Shown: positions 36,635 to 48,924 of the stretch, in pieces
Layout of the letters: each line of letters begins with the position of its first letter
How positions within the stretch are numbered: position 1 is the stretch's first letter
Source: Moniliella sp. 'wahieum'
Taxonomy: Eukaryota
Length of the DNA: 50,760 nt
Assembly (NCBI GenBank): GCA_003971905.1
Contig: RSEE01000088.1
Coordinates: 248,001 to 298,760, forward strand
Direction of reading: 5' to 3'
Translations under genes and position numbers: made by a program
The notes under the pieces: model-generated
What the model was told of the DNA's origin: nothing
Seen by the model: only the letters and a program-made list of their open reading frames with translations
Databases searched by the model: none

Positions 36635-37607
36635 TTAGGATGCGAATAGAACCAGCAACCCGGGAAGGACGACAAGAAGGGCCAAATCGTCTAGGAGTGT
36701 GCTGAGGAACGGGGTTTCCCACGGTGGCCTGACTTGGCCCAGGGCGAAGGCCCAGGGGAAGGACAGGGGGAAGGGGAATGCAATATTGGCCTTGCCGTTC
36801 TGGCGAGGCGAAGGGACGCGGTAGATGCCCACTGAATACAGCCCTACCTCGAGGACTACAAAGAGAGAAAAAATGGCTGCTTCCTTGTCAGTCTTTGCTT
36901 TTTCCTCTGTAGTGGTTCGATCAGAGGTAACGTACAACCGGTGCGAGGGGCATACCGCTCCCCCATTGTAGTTCGGAACGGTGGGTAGCAAGTGTGCCCC
37001 ACTGGGTATCATAGGGTAACAGGGCGAGGCAGATAAATGAGACGACAAGTAGGGTATGCGCTGCACCAAGCCAAGGTTGCATCCATGGGGCAGGGTAGGA
37101 AAGGCCAGTAGGAAGCCGCATCTGCTCAAGGGGAAAGGGAAAGCCTCCTGGGACAGGAGGCAGGTCAGGCTCATCTCCCATTTGGCTTTCCCCCGCCTCT
37201 TGGACAATCGCTTCTACATTGACATCTCCCCCGTGTCCTGGAGGTGAGCGAGTGGGTGAATGGGCGGGCGAAGCGACTTCTTCCAGCGGGAAAACCGTCT
37301 CGGTGATGGGAGGGGGGAAACTCATTTCCAGGGGCGACGGAATGCCCGGCTCGGGGGTCGAAGCGGACGTGCGCAACGAGGCGAGCGAACCAAAACTCAC
37401 CTGGGACGGCGTGCGCTGCCTTGGCCGGAATCCCACATTCGGCATGGGGGCAGTGAGGGAGCGAGTGAGGTCCGAGGCGGCATGTCGCACGCTGGGCTTG
37501 GGGGGCTCGCTGGGCGGCGTTCGCCCTGCTGCGTGGGAAAGACGAGCGAGGCGGTCGCCCCCGCGAGCAAGAATACGTGCTTTGCGTGCTGCGTGCCGGT
37601 CGGCCAT
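36635..37607 (-). CDS. GET2: GET complex subunit Get2/CAML-like ER membrane protein; intron about 36877-36935
   Basis: Basic N-terminal motif ARKARILARGGDRLARL, a disordered linker, then three hydrophobic segments (HTLLVVSFICLALL; IFSLFVVLEVGLY; LLDDLALLVVLPGLLVLF). Confidence 0.8.
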
Positions 37608-38174
37608 GGGCGGTGGGAAGCAGCCGTCGCTTTCGCAGTCCCGGCGGCCAGGAGAGGGGGGTGAAGGGGTGTTGGTGACAAAGTGGGAATGTCAAGTTTT
37701 TGGGCTTATGAGTGGAAACGATTCATCAGTGGACACCCCTGCGCGGCCCCACGCGCGCACACAAGTTTCATTTCTGTCCCCCGCACCGCTACTCGCTACG
37801 AGGGTTATTTTTGATCGGGTCGATCGATGGCGATGATGCAGATGGTGATGGCAGGGAATGAAGATGCGTCAAAGGCAGGATACAGGATGGGGTGCAGAGA
37901 CAGGCGTGCCTAGCTGAGCGTGTAGACAAAGTCGTTGCCAAGGACACACCGTCTCAGTCACTTTGCGGTCGAAACGTTCAGAGACTTTCGTAGAGAGAAA
38001 TCGTATATACGCTGAGCGCCAGGCCCAGCGTCTCTTCGTCATCACAGTCTGAGATAGAGGGGATAACTAGAATGGCGAACAACACATCAAAAGCAAACGT
38101 AGGTCCAAAAGGGCGCATGAGAAAAGTTGAAGACAACATGTGGGTGGTGAGCCGAGCGACCATGAAAGAGGAGT

Positions 38175-38875
38175 TTAGAGCATATCCATCTGCCCCATAA
38201 GGAACCGTTCTCCCCTGGGGCTCGGACGAGGAAATCGCATGCCTGTTGTACGAGCACGCGGGCGGCCCCGCGCCCTTGGTTTCGCAGTCGGTTCGACTTG
38301 GGACTGGAGCGCAGATTCGGAAGGGGAGGCTTGGATCGACAATGCCGATCGAGTGGGGGCAGGCTCGTCTCGAGGAATCCACGCCGGTTCAGAGACAGTC
38401 GAGGCGGGCGGCAGCGGTGATTGCATGGGCTCCGATGAGGGTACACATTCGGGATATGAGGGTGGCTTCGTTCGCTGGTCGAACCAGCTGGAGCTCAAGG
38501 TAGAGCGTCGGGGATAGGCGTGGCGCAGCTGCGGTAGAGGGGCTGGGTAAAATGGGGCAGGGCGGTGGAGGAGGAGAGGAGAGGGGAGGCCTTCTTGCTG
38601 TTGCCCGGGCGGCGGGGACAGGGAGGGGAGGCTCGACAGCGCGGGTCCGAGGGCGGGGCGTTCGTCGGCCTTGGGCTCGAAGGCGCTCACCGCGCAGGCT
38701 CCCGCAAAGAGAGAGAGCGACGAGAGCGAGGCGCGCCGGTGGCCCCAGGCGGAAGGCAGAGGGCCCACGGCGGGCCCGAGCGGGGGCGAGAGCGGGGAGA
38801 GCGGGAGAGCGGGGAGGCGATGCTCTCTGTGGCGAGGCTGGGGCGGGGGCGGGGGATGTCTTTGGGGCTGGACAT
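38175..38875 (-). CDS. Hypothetical Ser/Pro-rich protein with PPSY and C-terminal SPRGERFLMGQMD; frameshifted
   Basis: ATG at 38875 (MSSPKDIP) joins the 38175 frame via a frameshift. The C-terminus resembles, from memory only, the SPxGERILxG endings of uncharacterised fungal proteins. Confidence 0.45.
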
Positions 38876-39500
38876 GGTCTGCAGCAGCCACGGCTCCGGA
38901 TCCAGAAAGAAGTACTCGTCTTAGCCGTCGCCGCTTCTTGTACTCTTTCAAGAGCAGACGCGCCCAGCTGAGGCGCCTTTGGGCCAGCCCTGCGTTGGCC
39001 CGGAGATAGCAGGGGCAGCAGGGGGGCAGTGCGACTACCCCCGCACTATCCATCGATCACCCTCATCAGCACGCAGGTGCGCAGTGTGGCCCAGCATCAC
39101 ACATCTCGCATTGCATCACACCTTACCTCGGCCCATCTGCACCACACCAGCAGGCGATATGATGGGATGGCCCAACATCTGAGGGTCTGCGAGGAGAGCT
39201 ATGTGGTCATCTGATGCTGCTCTGTCTGCCCGCCGTGCCTTGCCAAGCACGCAACGCAGCGTCCGATAGTCTCCGATGGCACTTATCCTCTCTTCGCCAG
39301 ATTCGAGTCCGGCAAGCGCCTTGTCCAAGCGGGGACAGGACAGAGGGAGGAAGGCAGCAGAGGAGCATGGCAGCGCGCTTGAATTTTTGACAGGCGCCAC
39401 CAAATGAAAGAGCACAAATGGTATCCCATTCTTAGTTACCAGGGTGCTCCTCGTATATGACCCGGGAAGCTACGCGCACGCACCCACCACTGCTGTAACA

Positions 39501-40939
39501 CTAGCTTCGCCGCTGCGCCCACTCTTCCCGGATCTTGCCTAGGTCGGCCTGGGGGTCGAACCGGCCCGAGGACGTCTCCTCCTCACGCAGCTGGAGCGCC
39601 GAGTCAAACAGCGCTGCCAAACCTGGTTCTAGCGGCATGGGCAGCACCGTCTCCTGCTCCTCTTTGGGTGCAGAGCGGGCAGCGCCTTGGGCCTGGGCTG
39701 CGATACGGGATTGCAATGGGACTGTGCTTTGCAGGTCGCGCCGCAGCCCACTGAACCCCAACAGGTCGTCCAGCCCCGGGGAGGGGCGGGAGTGGATCAG
39801 CCGCGGGCCAGGGGCGGCGCTGGCAGTGACAGCACGCATCGAAGACGCACGGAAGCCGGCCTCGGGATCGGTGGGAATGTCTTGCTCCCTCCCGGGTTGG
39901 CGGACAGCTGGCGCCGGTGGCGGTGGCAGCGGCGCAGGTTCCGATAAGGGCGTACGTTCTTGAATCTTCAACCCCTCTACCAGTGAGACGGTGTCGGACG
40001 CATTCTCTTTCGTCACGAGATCTCGGGGGGTGCGGGCTCGGGGCAGTGTACATGGCCCGCGTCACTTTTTCCTGGGGCTCCTTTCTGATGGGTTGGGCTG
40101 ATGGAGCTGGAGCCCGGGGAAATGCAGAAACGAACGGGGGCGGATTGGGACCATCCAAACGCGCTGTCACCTCTGGATGAGCTTCGTCCATCAACTCCAC
40201 CTTGTCCCATTCCGAATGGTCCCAGACCGTTCAAAACGCCCAGGCTGCGCCCCGTCTCGAGCCGATTGAAGTAAAGGATCTCTCAACTCGTCCGAGAGTA
40301 CCCATCTCCTTACCCACTCGGAGCGCGCCCAGCACCCTTCGGAGCAAAATGCATTCTTACCACCTGGGTCGTCGGCGGTATTGCGCACGACCCCGCCTCG
40401 CCCAAGACGGAAAGGAGCCTCATGGGTGGCCACCTTGCCGTTTTGGAAGTTCGGGGCTGGGCGCAGCGACTTTTCTCGCAACCGTGGAGAGCGGGAACAA
40501 AGAGGGTACCCACACACGTCGGTGAGGTGGCGTTCATGGTGATTTGGGTCCAGGCGGCGGGACCGAGGATGGTGAGGGCTTGTTTGAGTGCAGGCACAGT
40601 GACGCAGCGGTTCAAAATCAGTGCCTCCTGCGCCGCGAGCACTTGTCGCCGTCGTTGCTGGTGGAGGAGGATGCTGGACGCGAGCTCTTTGGCGTCGGCG
40701 GGAGGCGCGGAGGCGGCGGCGGGGTCGGAGGAGGAGGCAGAGGAGGGTTCCGCCACTGGCACGGAAGGGGTTGCTGCCGAGGGGGCGGAGCGGCGGGCGA
40801 GCATGTCCTTGACAGTCATGCGGGTGGGCGCGGCGGGTGCTTCGGCGAGCAGCTCGGCGGGCGAGATCTGGACGCGGAGCGATGCAGGCGCGCCGGGGAT
40901 CCGCGCGGCGTCCGTCTTGCCTCCGCGATGAAGCGACAT
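39501..40939 (-). CDS. RTR1: Rtr1/RPAP2 RNA polymerase II CTD phosphatase-like protein; frameshifted
   Basis: HERHLTDVCGYPLC...NAFCSEGC zinc-site signature, with ORF pieces continuing to the TAG at 39501. Confidence 0.8.
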
Positions 40940-41256
40940 GGTGGGTGGCAGTCATCGCTCCCAATCCACCATCCACGCGGCGTGTTGGCGCGCGGTAATT
41001 AAATCCAAAATGTTTCGCCCAGCAGTTCCGCCCTCTTCCTGTCCCGACTGGCGGTGCCCAACTTTCAAACGTCAAATTGCAACCGACTGGCACTGAACAA
41101 TATGCATGAGTGGCGCAGTGAGGAAGTCTCGATCAGCGCCATCCTTTGTTGCGACCTATATTTGTCTGTAATCAATCCATCAAGCGCAAGCACAGCAAGG
41201 CCATACGACAGCCCGCCAAGAGGGTTGGCACAACAAACGTAGATTGCGGCGGACGG

Positions 41257-43092
41257 CTACATCTCCGTCCACACATCTCCTGAGTCTGTCTCCCCCACCA
41301 GCAAGGCAATCGCCGCCTCTGCCAGCAGCGAGACAAACGCAATGGAGAAGCCGCGGTAGAGCAACGGCAATCCCGGCCAGACCGACTCTTTTTGCGGGCT
41401 TGTCTCCTGGTCCGTCTCCTCCACCAGGATCTTGTAGAGCCCATCCAGCACCCCTCCATAAGGCAGCGGGCGGGTTTCGACGCACGTGCGCAAACCCTTG
41501 ATGCGAATGTGGAGGCCCAGTCCTACCTGCGCCGGACAGCGAGCTGGCAATGCTTTGTCCAGCACACTGGGAGATGGGCTATCGGAACCCTGCCCCCGTG
41601 CAGAGACACGTTTGGCATGATGCGCCAGATCGTACACCGGCCGCACCTGCAACCTCCTCCGCACTGTTTCGATAGGAAGGGTGAGCAGGAGGGAGGCAGT
41701 TTGGCACGCGAGCGTCAGCAGCACCTCCACCCCGCCTCCTACGTCGGGCGGAAGCAAGGCATCTACCACCAGGGTGTGGCGAGAATTAAGGCAGGACGGA
41801 GCGTGCAGTCCAGCAGCGCCGGGATCAACGTCCGTGGGGACAACCACAACTTCATCCACCCGCCTTCTTCGTTAGCCATGGTGCGTAGGTTGCCCACCCC
41901 GGTGCCGTAGGAGCCACCGTACTTTTGATGGGGCGGGACCGTGGTCTGGGCAATGGCACGTGTTCGTAAGGTTGAGATGGGTGCCATGGCCAGGCCTGTG
42001 ATGGCATGCGCTGCGACCGAGGCGAGCCAGGCCTGCCAAGGGCCCAGCGCAAGAATGTACTCGGCGGGTGCATCCTCTCCCAGCGCCAGATCGCGAATGG
42101 CCAGAACCGAGACCATGCTTGGTGCGGCAGCTGCGGCGAAAAGCGTCAGACCTTGTTCCAATACCGGGACCAGGACCTTGTCCGCTTCGTCAATGAGAAA
42201 GGTGAGTGTCAACCCTTTGAACAGACCCTTCCACCCTTTCCGACTTTTGACCACGGCTTTGTCCATAGCCCAGAGCCCCCCTCGAAACAGGATTGGTATG
42301 GCAACATTGTCAGCACCCACACTGGCGTCTCCTTCTCCTTCTTCTTTGTCGGCGTCTTCCTGTAGATGAGTGACATCTCGCACAACATAGCCCGCCTCGT
42401 CCACCTCTCTCCGTTTGAGCTTGGCGAGGTCGGTCGACTTGCCATGGTGGCTCAACAGGTCATGGAAGTAGGTGGCCGCTTCATCTTCGTCCAGGAGCTG
42501 GGCCAGAGAAATGGTCAGCACTGCGATCCCCACCTAAACTCTTGTCAGAAGAAGGCGGCGTTAGGATGTGCTTACCTCGTCGTCTGCAGCACCAAATTCG
42601 CGCCCGCCGCGCTGGGTGCCCGGCTCTTCGTCAGCGTCAAAGTCGGGGGCGGGGTGGGGGCGGGGAATGTGTTCCGCTCATCAGGCTCCTGTTCTTCGTC
42701 CACTTTTCCCTCCTCTTGGGCTTGCTGGATGCGGGGAGGAAGGGAGCGCCGATACTGTACTCGACGGCCTGGCCTTGCTCAAAGCCGGCCTTGGCAAACG
42801 CATGCCAGATGCTGGGACGCGGGCACCACTGCACCTGGAGGAGGATGCGGGCCACCTCGAGGGGCTGTCCCAGCGCGGTGGAGGCGTACTCGAACGCCAG
42901 GCCTTGGGCGAGGCCCAACGTGGCGCTGCCGAGCGAGTCGTCGGCCATGGCCTGCGTGTGGATGGGGGGCTGCAAGCGCGGTCGGTGCGCCCCAGAAACC
43001 GAAAGGCTGCGTCCTGGCGGCAAGGCTCGGGGCCTCAATGTTGCAAACGGGCAGGTGGCCGGCACGTGACCGTCTTCGGCCTGGCTGCGCAT
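41257..43092 (-). CDS. UGO1: Mitochondrial outer-membrane fusion protein Ugo1 (degenerate carrier family); intron 42498-42575; frameshifted
   Basis: EYASTALGQPLEVARILLQVQW, DEAATYF.D, VDEAGYV, GWKGLFKG, TLPIETVRRRLQV, LRTCVETRP.PY.GV.D.LY.ILVEE and LYRGF. Confidence 0.88.
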
Positions 43093-43279
43093 GGTTAAAG
43101 GTTGACGTCAGTCACGTGGAGGGTGGGGCTCTAACCGGCGGCCATAACCGGTACCGGTAACCGGCAATAAGCTGCTTGAAGCTTGAATGGGGAAGCTGGT
43201 CGCAACATCCTGTAAGAGCCGCTTAACGCCTCCACCCCACCCCACCCCGCCATCTCTGCCTCCCCGCTGTGCTGCGCCC

Positions 43280-44228
43280 ATGCCCCATCCCCATCCAGGA
43301 CCGCCCGCGAGCACATCGCCGCCGCCCGTGCGCTTGCTGACGGCCCCCGCACCCACCGCCTCGCCGGCAAGGTGGCCATTGTGACCGGCGCGAACAGCTT
43401 GACCGGCATTGGGCGCGCTACTGCGCTGCTCTATGCCCGCGAGGGCGTTGCTCACCTCTACGTGACCGACTACGACGACTCGGAGCTTCCTGGATTGGTC
43501 GCCGAGTTACACGGCGCTACCCCGACGTGAAGGCGACGGCGGTGCAGGGCGACATGTCGGACGAGGCGGTGGTGCGGGCGTTGGTGGACCAGGCGTTGCG
43601 CGAGGAGGGCCGGCTAGACATTTATTTTGCCAATGCCGGCCGCGCCCCGCCGCATTTCCTCGAGAGCACCGACGCTGAGGAGAGCCTCGAGGTGCTGAAA
43701 GTGAACACTTTGAGTGTGCTTCTCGCCCTCAAATATGCCAGTGAGGCAATGCAGGTCACCTCTGCGGCCAAGCCGCATGCCGGTGGTGCCATCCTCGCTA
43801 CCGCCTCCGTTGCCGGCCTGCGTGCCAATGCCGGCCCCATCGACTACTCGGCGTCCAAGGCGGCAGTGATCTCGATGGTGCAGAGTGGCGCCTTTGCACT
43901 GCGGGGCACCGACGTCCGTGTTGTCGGCCTGGCGCCGGGCTTGATCAGCACTGGTATGACCGAAGTGCTGTTTGAGATGGCCCGTGCCCGCGGCACCGAG
44001 GACAAGGTGGGGCAGATCAATCCCCTGCAGCGCTACGGAGCGCCGGAAGAGGTGCGTGTCTTCCCTTGCCTGCACCCTATCGCTTGCCCTGACTGACCCG
44101 ACCCATAGATTGCCCAAGCAGCGCTCTTTCTCGCCTCTGACGAGGCGTCCTACGTCAACGGCGTCGTTCTTCCCGTCTGCGGCGGGCTGTCGGCGTCGCA
44201 TCCCTATGTTGGCAAGCCCAAACTGTGA
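43280..44228 (+). CDS. Classical short-chain dehydrogenase/reductase; intron 44052-44108; ends in -PKL
   Basis: [37 protein letters not shown], catalytic YSASK, PGLIST, and [12 protein letters not shown]. Confidence 0.93.
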
Positions 44229-44353
44229 ATGCGCTTCCCTCTATACGCCCTCAGCCCATCCCTCAACCCGAGCTCTGAGATCTCGACTGCAGCTGCTAGG
44301 AACAACAGGATACAGGATGGTTGGATAGTAGAGTAGTCGTATTTGCCGCAGGG

Positions 44354-45856
44354 TTACTCTTCCCACATAACTTCTGCCAGCTCCTCGGTGCATGTCTCGT
44401 GCGCCACCTCACCTGCGCCCTCATAGACGGGGGTGCAATCCTTCTCGCAGACAAAGATCAGGACCGACCCCCAGGTAATGCCCGACTTGACCAGTCGCTC
44501 ATTACCAGTCAGGGCCGAGGCCCGAGCCAAGCCGCTCCCCTCGGGCACTGCAATGCTCCGCCCGAGCGCTGCCTCAATCTCCCGTCGGTGGGCCGAGGCT
44601 GCATCTTCCTCTTTGGAATCGGTGGGAATAGCATGCGGGTCTTGAATTTTGCTGGGACGCAACATGTTTACCACATTGGGCATCAGTTGTAGTTCAAACA
44701 CGCGCTTTCCGCCGCACTGTGGACATGTACCGGCAGCACGGGGGTCGTAGGCATCAGGGGCATGAGGCGCCAAGGGTTTCTTCCAAAAGCGCGAGTAGAC
44801 GTCGCCCTTGTTGCTAAAGGGCAACGGCTCCCCATCAAACTCATATCGGATCAACTGGCTCGGCAACCGACTCACACGTTCCACAAACGACTGGAACACC
44901 ATGTCAACCGTTTTGAGTACTTGTCGCTCATACTTCTCACCGGTGGGGGCCTTGCCGGCACTGGCAGCTTCTGCCTCTGCCGCTGCCGCTTCTTCCACCT
45001 TGACCCCTTCGGGCAGCGTCGTGCTCGGCTTGTACGGCTCTGGGACAGTGGAGATGTACTCTGCCCCCGTGTAAGCTGGCACATTATCCCACTTGGACCG
45101 GAGCTCGGATGCACCCGCATCCAAAGAGGCTTTGATGGCCATCTCTTCTTCCAATCGTACCGCATCCGCATCTGCTTCGTCCTCCGACTCACTCTCGTCC
45201 GAGTCCGATTCGGAAGGGACCTGTTCCTTCCCAACCGATGGGGGCTCTTGCGCCGACGCGGCGGGGGGAGCAAATGGGTTGGAACTGGCGGTAGAGAAGG
45301 GATTGCTGCCCGATGCAAAGGGGTTGCTTGCGGCCGCGGTCCCCGAGCCCGCGGCAAATGGGTTGGAAGTTAAGAGCGCTTTCCGTTCTTTCTCTTCGTT
45401 TTCCTTTTGCTGAGCAATGCGCTCTGCCTTGGCGCGCTGGCGCTGCGCTTTCTTTTCCAGACGAGCGGCCCAGCGCGCATTGTAGGTGGTGGAGCGGAAG
45501 ACGCGGACCGGACGCGAGTCGCGGTAGCGTTGGCACTGGGCGCGCGCACACGACCAAACACTCAGCGTCCGGTCAAACGCACTGCCCTCGAGCGGCGCAA
45601 AAATTTGCACCATCAGCTCCATCTCGTGGCCACAGATCCGCACTGCGACACGGCTTCGGGCGCGGGGGCAGCGCGACGGCGGCGGCGGGGAGGTTGCGGA
45701 AGGGAAGCCAGGCGGGCTTGCCGCCAATGCGGGACACGAGCGGGTTGGCCTCGTCTTGCGCCTCGAGGCGCCCGTCGGGCAGGCCGAGGTACACCCCCTT
45801 TCCTCCTCTTCGTCCGACGAGCCCGAGTCCGAGTCCCACTCGGGTGCGGCAGCCAT
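44354..45856 (-). CDS. TSR4: Tsr4/PDCD2-like uS5 chaperone (PDCD2_C domain); frameshifts near 45800 and 45655
   Basis: VYLGLPDG, SRIGGKPAWL, C..CG..M.L..Q.FAP, DR.L.V..C, QLIRYEFDGEPL, CPQCGGKRVFELQLMP and WGSVLIFVCEKDC. Confidence 0.9.
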   Translation of the reverse strand: MAAAPEWDSDSGSSDEEEERGCTSACPTGASRRKTRPTRSCPALAASPPGFPSATSPPPPSRCPRARSRVAVRICGHEMELMVQIFAPLEGSAFDRTLSVWSCARAQCQRYRDSRPVRVFRSTTYNARWAARLEKKAQRQRAKAERIAQQKENEEKERKALLTSNPFAAGSGTAAASNPFASGSNPFSTASSNPFAPPAASAQEPPSVGKEQVPSESDSDESESEDEADADAVRLEEEMAIKASLDAGASELRSKWDNVPAYTGAEYISTVPEPYKPSTTLPEGVKVEEAAAAEAEAASAGKAPTGEKYERQVLKTVDMVFQSFVERVSRLPSQLIRYEFDGEPLPFSNKGDVYSRFWKKPLAPHAPDAYDPRAAGTCPQCGGKRVFELQLMPNVVNMLRPSKIQDPHAIPTDSKEEDAASAHRREIEAALGRSIAVPEGSGLARASALTGNERLVKSGITWGSVLIFVCEKDCTPVYEGAGEVAHETCTEELAEVMWEE

Positions 45857-46039
45857 GGTGGGGGGAGCGTGGTGGGGGCGGAGCAGGCTGGGCAAAAAAA
45901 ATTGGCTGGCCGAGTGGCGCGTGCTGCCCAGCCCACGTTGCACCGATGGGCCTGAACGATTGAAATGTCCTGTCTGCAACTGAGTGGGCTGGCCGAAGGA
46001 AGCCGCAATGTGTCCCCCCGACTTCTGCCGCCGTCCGCC

Positions 46040-46626
46040 ATGCTGCTCTCGACGCTGCCGCGGGTGGCGAGGAGGCAGGGGGTGCGCCAGGCCCATGCGG
46101 CTGCGGCTGGGGCCCACAGGAAGTGACACTTGCTCTGATTAAGCCCGCGGTTGCTGCGCATTCGGAGGACGTGGCTACCATCCTCCGCGGCCTGCAGCGC
46201 ATCGAGGCGCTGCACCTCGTCCAGTCCCAGTGGATCGCCTGGACCGCTGCGGATGCCGCCCAGTTCTACGCCGAACACGAGGGCAGGTTCTTTTTCCCCC
46301 GCCTCGTTTCTGGCATGTCGGCCGGCCCGGCCCTCGCTCTCGCCCTCAGTGGCCCCGATGTGATTCGCCGCTGGCGCGCACTCTTGGGGCCAACCAAGGC
46401 CTACAGGGCCAAGTACGAAGCACCGTCTTCTCTCCGGGCCCGGTTCGGGCTGACCGACACCAGGAACGCTTTCCATGGGAGTGGTGAGTGCATCGCGTTG
46501 ATGCGGCCACCTAGCTGACCTTACCTTGGAACAGATTCCATCCCCTCGGCCTTAAGAGAGCTGAAGTTTGTCTTTCCCCACTGGGACGCCCAGGCCTACC
46601 TGGACCAACACCAGGGCAGCAGTTGA
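46040..46626 (+). CDS. Nucleoside diphosphate kinase, NME6-like, with probable mitochondrial presequence; intron 46484-46534
   Basis: TLALIKP, FYAEHEGRFFFPRL, WRALLGPTK, SLRARFGLTDTRNAFHGS/DS. The FGLTDTRN and EHEGRFF motifs match NME6 rather than Ynk1. Confidence 0.88.
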
Positions 46627-46795
46627 GCCTCAACTACGAAATACATCTGGCGGGACAATCAAGTGAGATGGGGGGAGGAAGGAATGAGGCCAGGAGTGCA
46701 TATGCCATGTGATTGGGGGAGACGCCCAAAGAGGCAATCGAGTGGAGAGCCAAAAGCCGCTCCGCGGCAAGGAGCCGCATTTTTGGACCGACCGC

Positions 46796-47404
46796 TTAGC
46801 GGTAGCGGCGAAGCGAGAGCGTGTCGCGCTTCTTGATCGTTGCGTTCTTGCCACCGTGCTGGGTCTTGTTGAAGCGGTGACCCTTGCCCAGACCCCGGGA
46901 CTTCTTGCCGGTGGCCGTAAGGCCGCGCGACTCGCGGTGCTTCTGGCCCACAATCCAGTTGATGCGCGCGTCGCGGCGAATGGCCTTGTGCGAGGGGTCA
47001 ACGGCAATCACCTCGTAGTACTTGTAGATGCCGTCCTGGTTGATCCAGTACGAGTTGAGGATGCGCAGGTTGCCGCACTTCTTCCCCACGCGCTCCTCGG
47101 CGGTGGAGCGGAGAGTGCGCTGGTACTTGAGGTGGTTGACACCCTGGTGCACGGGCTTGCCGTAGGTGATGCCCTTGCTGACGGGCTTTTTGCGGTTGCC
47201 ACGGCGGACGCGCACACGGTAGATGACATAGCCCTGCTTGGCCTTGTACCCGAGGCGGCGCGCCTTGTCGGGGCGCGAGGGCCGCGACGCGCGGTGGATG
47301 GCGTTGAGCTGGCGGTACTCCCAGCAGCGCAGCCGGAAGAGCAGACGCAGCACGTCCGACTGCTTGTTGTTGTAGAGCGTCTGGAGGTAGGTGTAGGCAC
47401 CCAT
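46796..47404 (-). CDS. RPL15: 60S ribosomal protein L15 (eL15); intronless
   Basis: MGAY...KQSDV...RCWEYRQ...[18 protein letters not shown]...LNSYWINQD...KHRESRGLT...LSLRRYR. Confidence 0.99.
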   Translation of the reverse strand: MGAYTYLQTLYNNKQSDVLRLLFRLRCWEYRQLNAIHRASRPSRPDKARRLGYKAKQGYVIYRVRVRRGNRKKPVSKGITYGKPVHQGVNHLKYQRTLRSTAEERVGKKCGNLRILNSYWINQDGIYKYYEVIAVDPSHKAIRRDARINWIVGQKHRESRGLTATGKKSRGLGKGHRFNKTQHGGKNATIKKRDTLSLRRYR

Positions 47405-47699
47405 TGCGGCAGCGGTGGGGCCAAAGCAGCTCGCCGGCCGCCACGGCCCAGCAGGGCGGCGGTCCAACCCTACCGCCCCCCGCTGTCCAAATGGGCCGCC
47501 GCAGCAGCGGCCTCACTCGCCCTGTGCCCCATCCCACCCGCAACCCTATTGCCAGCCTGCCCGGACCTGAACATTTCCAGCCAGATGGGCCCTTTTCGCT
47601 GTCCCAGGCCCACTTTACGCCGCCGTGGCTAATTAACGCAATTAACCGTGCGTGTCCCTCCCTCATCGTCCCCGTCGCCGCCGCCACCACACGTACACA

Positions 47700-48597
47700 A
47701 TGGCGTTCGTCAAGCAAGTCAAGACCTCGGCGTACTTCTCGCGGTACCAGGTCAAGTACCGCCGACGCCGTGAGGGCAAGACGGACTTTGCGGCCCGGCG
47801 TGCCCTGGTCACCCAGGCCAAGAACAAGTACAACCGCGCCCAAGTACCGCCTCGTCGTCCGTTTCTCCAACAAGTATGTGACGGTGCAGATTGTTGCGGC
47901 CAAGATCCAGGGCGACGTTGTATTTGCCCACGCGCACTCTAAGGAGCTGCCCAAGTACGGCATCAACCACGGCCTGTCCAACTGGACAGCTGCCTACGCC
48001 ACGGGTCTCTTGGTTGCCCGCCGTGCGCTCAAAAAGCTGGGCCTGGACGAGAAGTACGAAGGTGTAGCCGAGCCCGACGGTGAGTTCACCGAGACGGAAG
48101 CGTTGGAGGAGGAGGGCGCCCCGCGGCCGTTTAAGGTCTTCCTTGACGTTGGCCTCAAGCGCACTTCGACGGGCTCGCGTGTGTTTGCTGCCATGAAGGG
48201 TGCGTCGGATGGTGGCCTGTTTGTGCCCCATTCGCCCAAGCGCTTCCCTGGGTACGATGCCGAGGAGAAGGAGCTTGATGCTGATGTTCTCCGCAACTAC
48301 ATTTTCGGTGGCCACGTGGCCGAGTTTATGGAGTCGCTTGAGGAGGAAGATGACGAGCGGTTCAAGAAGCACTTTGCTTCCTACCTTGCCGATGACATTT
48401 CTTCCGACGACATTGAGGAGATTTACGAAAAGGCATATGAGCAGATCCGCGAGAACCCTGACTTTGAGCCGACCAAGAAGGACGTGGAGCACTGGAAGAA
48501 GGAGTCGCTCAAGTTCAAGCAGGTGAAGCTCACCTACGACCAACGCAAGGAACGCATTGCGGCCAAGAAGGCAGCTTTCGCCGCGGGCGAGCTGTGA
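47700..48597 (+). CDS. RPL5: 60S ribosomal protein L5 (uL18); intronless; frameshift near 47835
   Basis: [29 protein letters not shown]...QAKNKYN / PKYRLVVRF...[11 protein letters not shown]...[22 protein letters not shown]. Confidence 0.99.
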
Positions 48598-48924
48598 GTT
48601 GTGTTATTATCACTTGTCTACCCTGCATCGCTATCGCAATATACCAGCCATTCGGCATCGGCGACACCCTGTTCTGGTTCTCCTCCCACCCGCAGTGGAG
48701 AATGCGCAATGAACGTCCGGGCGCTTGTACTACCGTTTGTGGGTTGTAGCAGCAGCAATAAAACTAAGAGCGCGGGTTGATCGATGATCGATCGATCCAA
48801 TATCCACCAGGGGACGTTGAAATGTTCAGGGGCACCCCAGCGGCCCATGCGCGGCACTCGATCGATAAGGCCCAGGCAGGGCCGCCGATCTGCTCCGAAC
48901 CGCCACCGCCGCTCTTGGCTGGCG

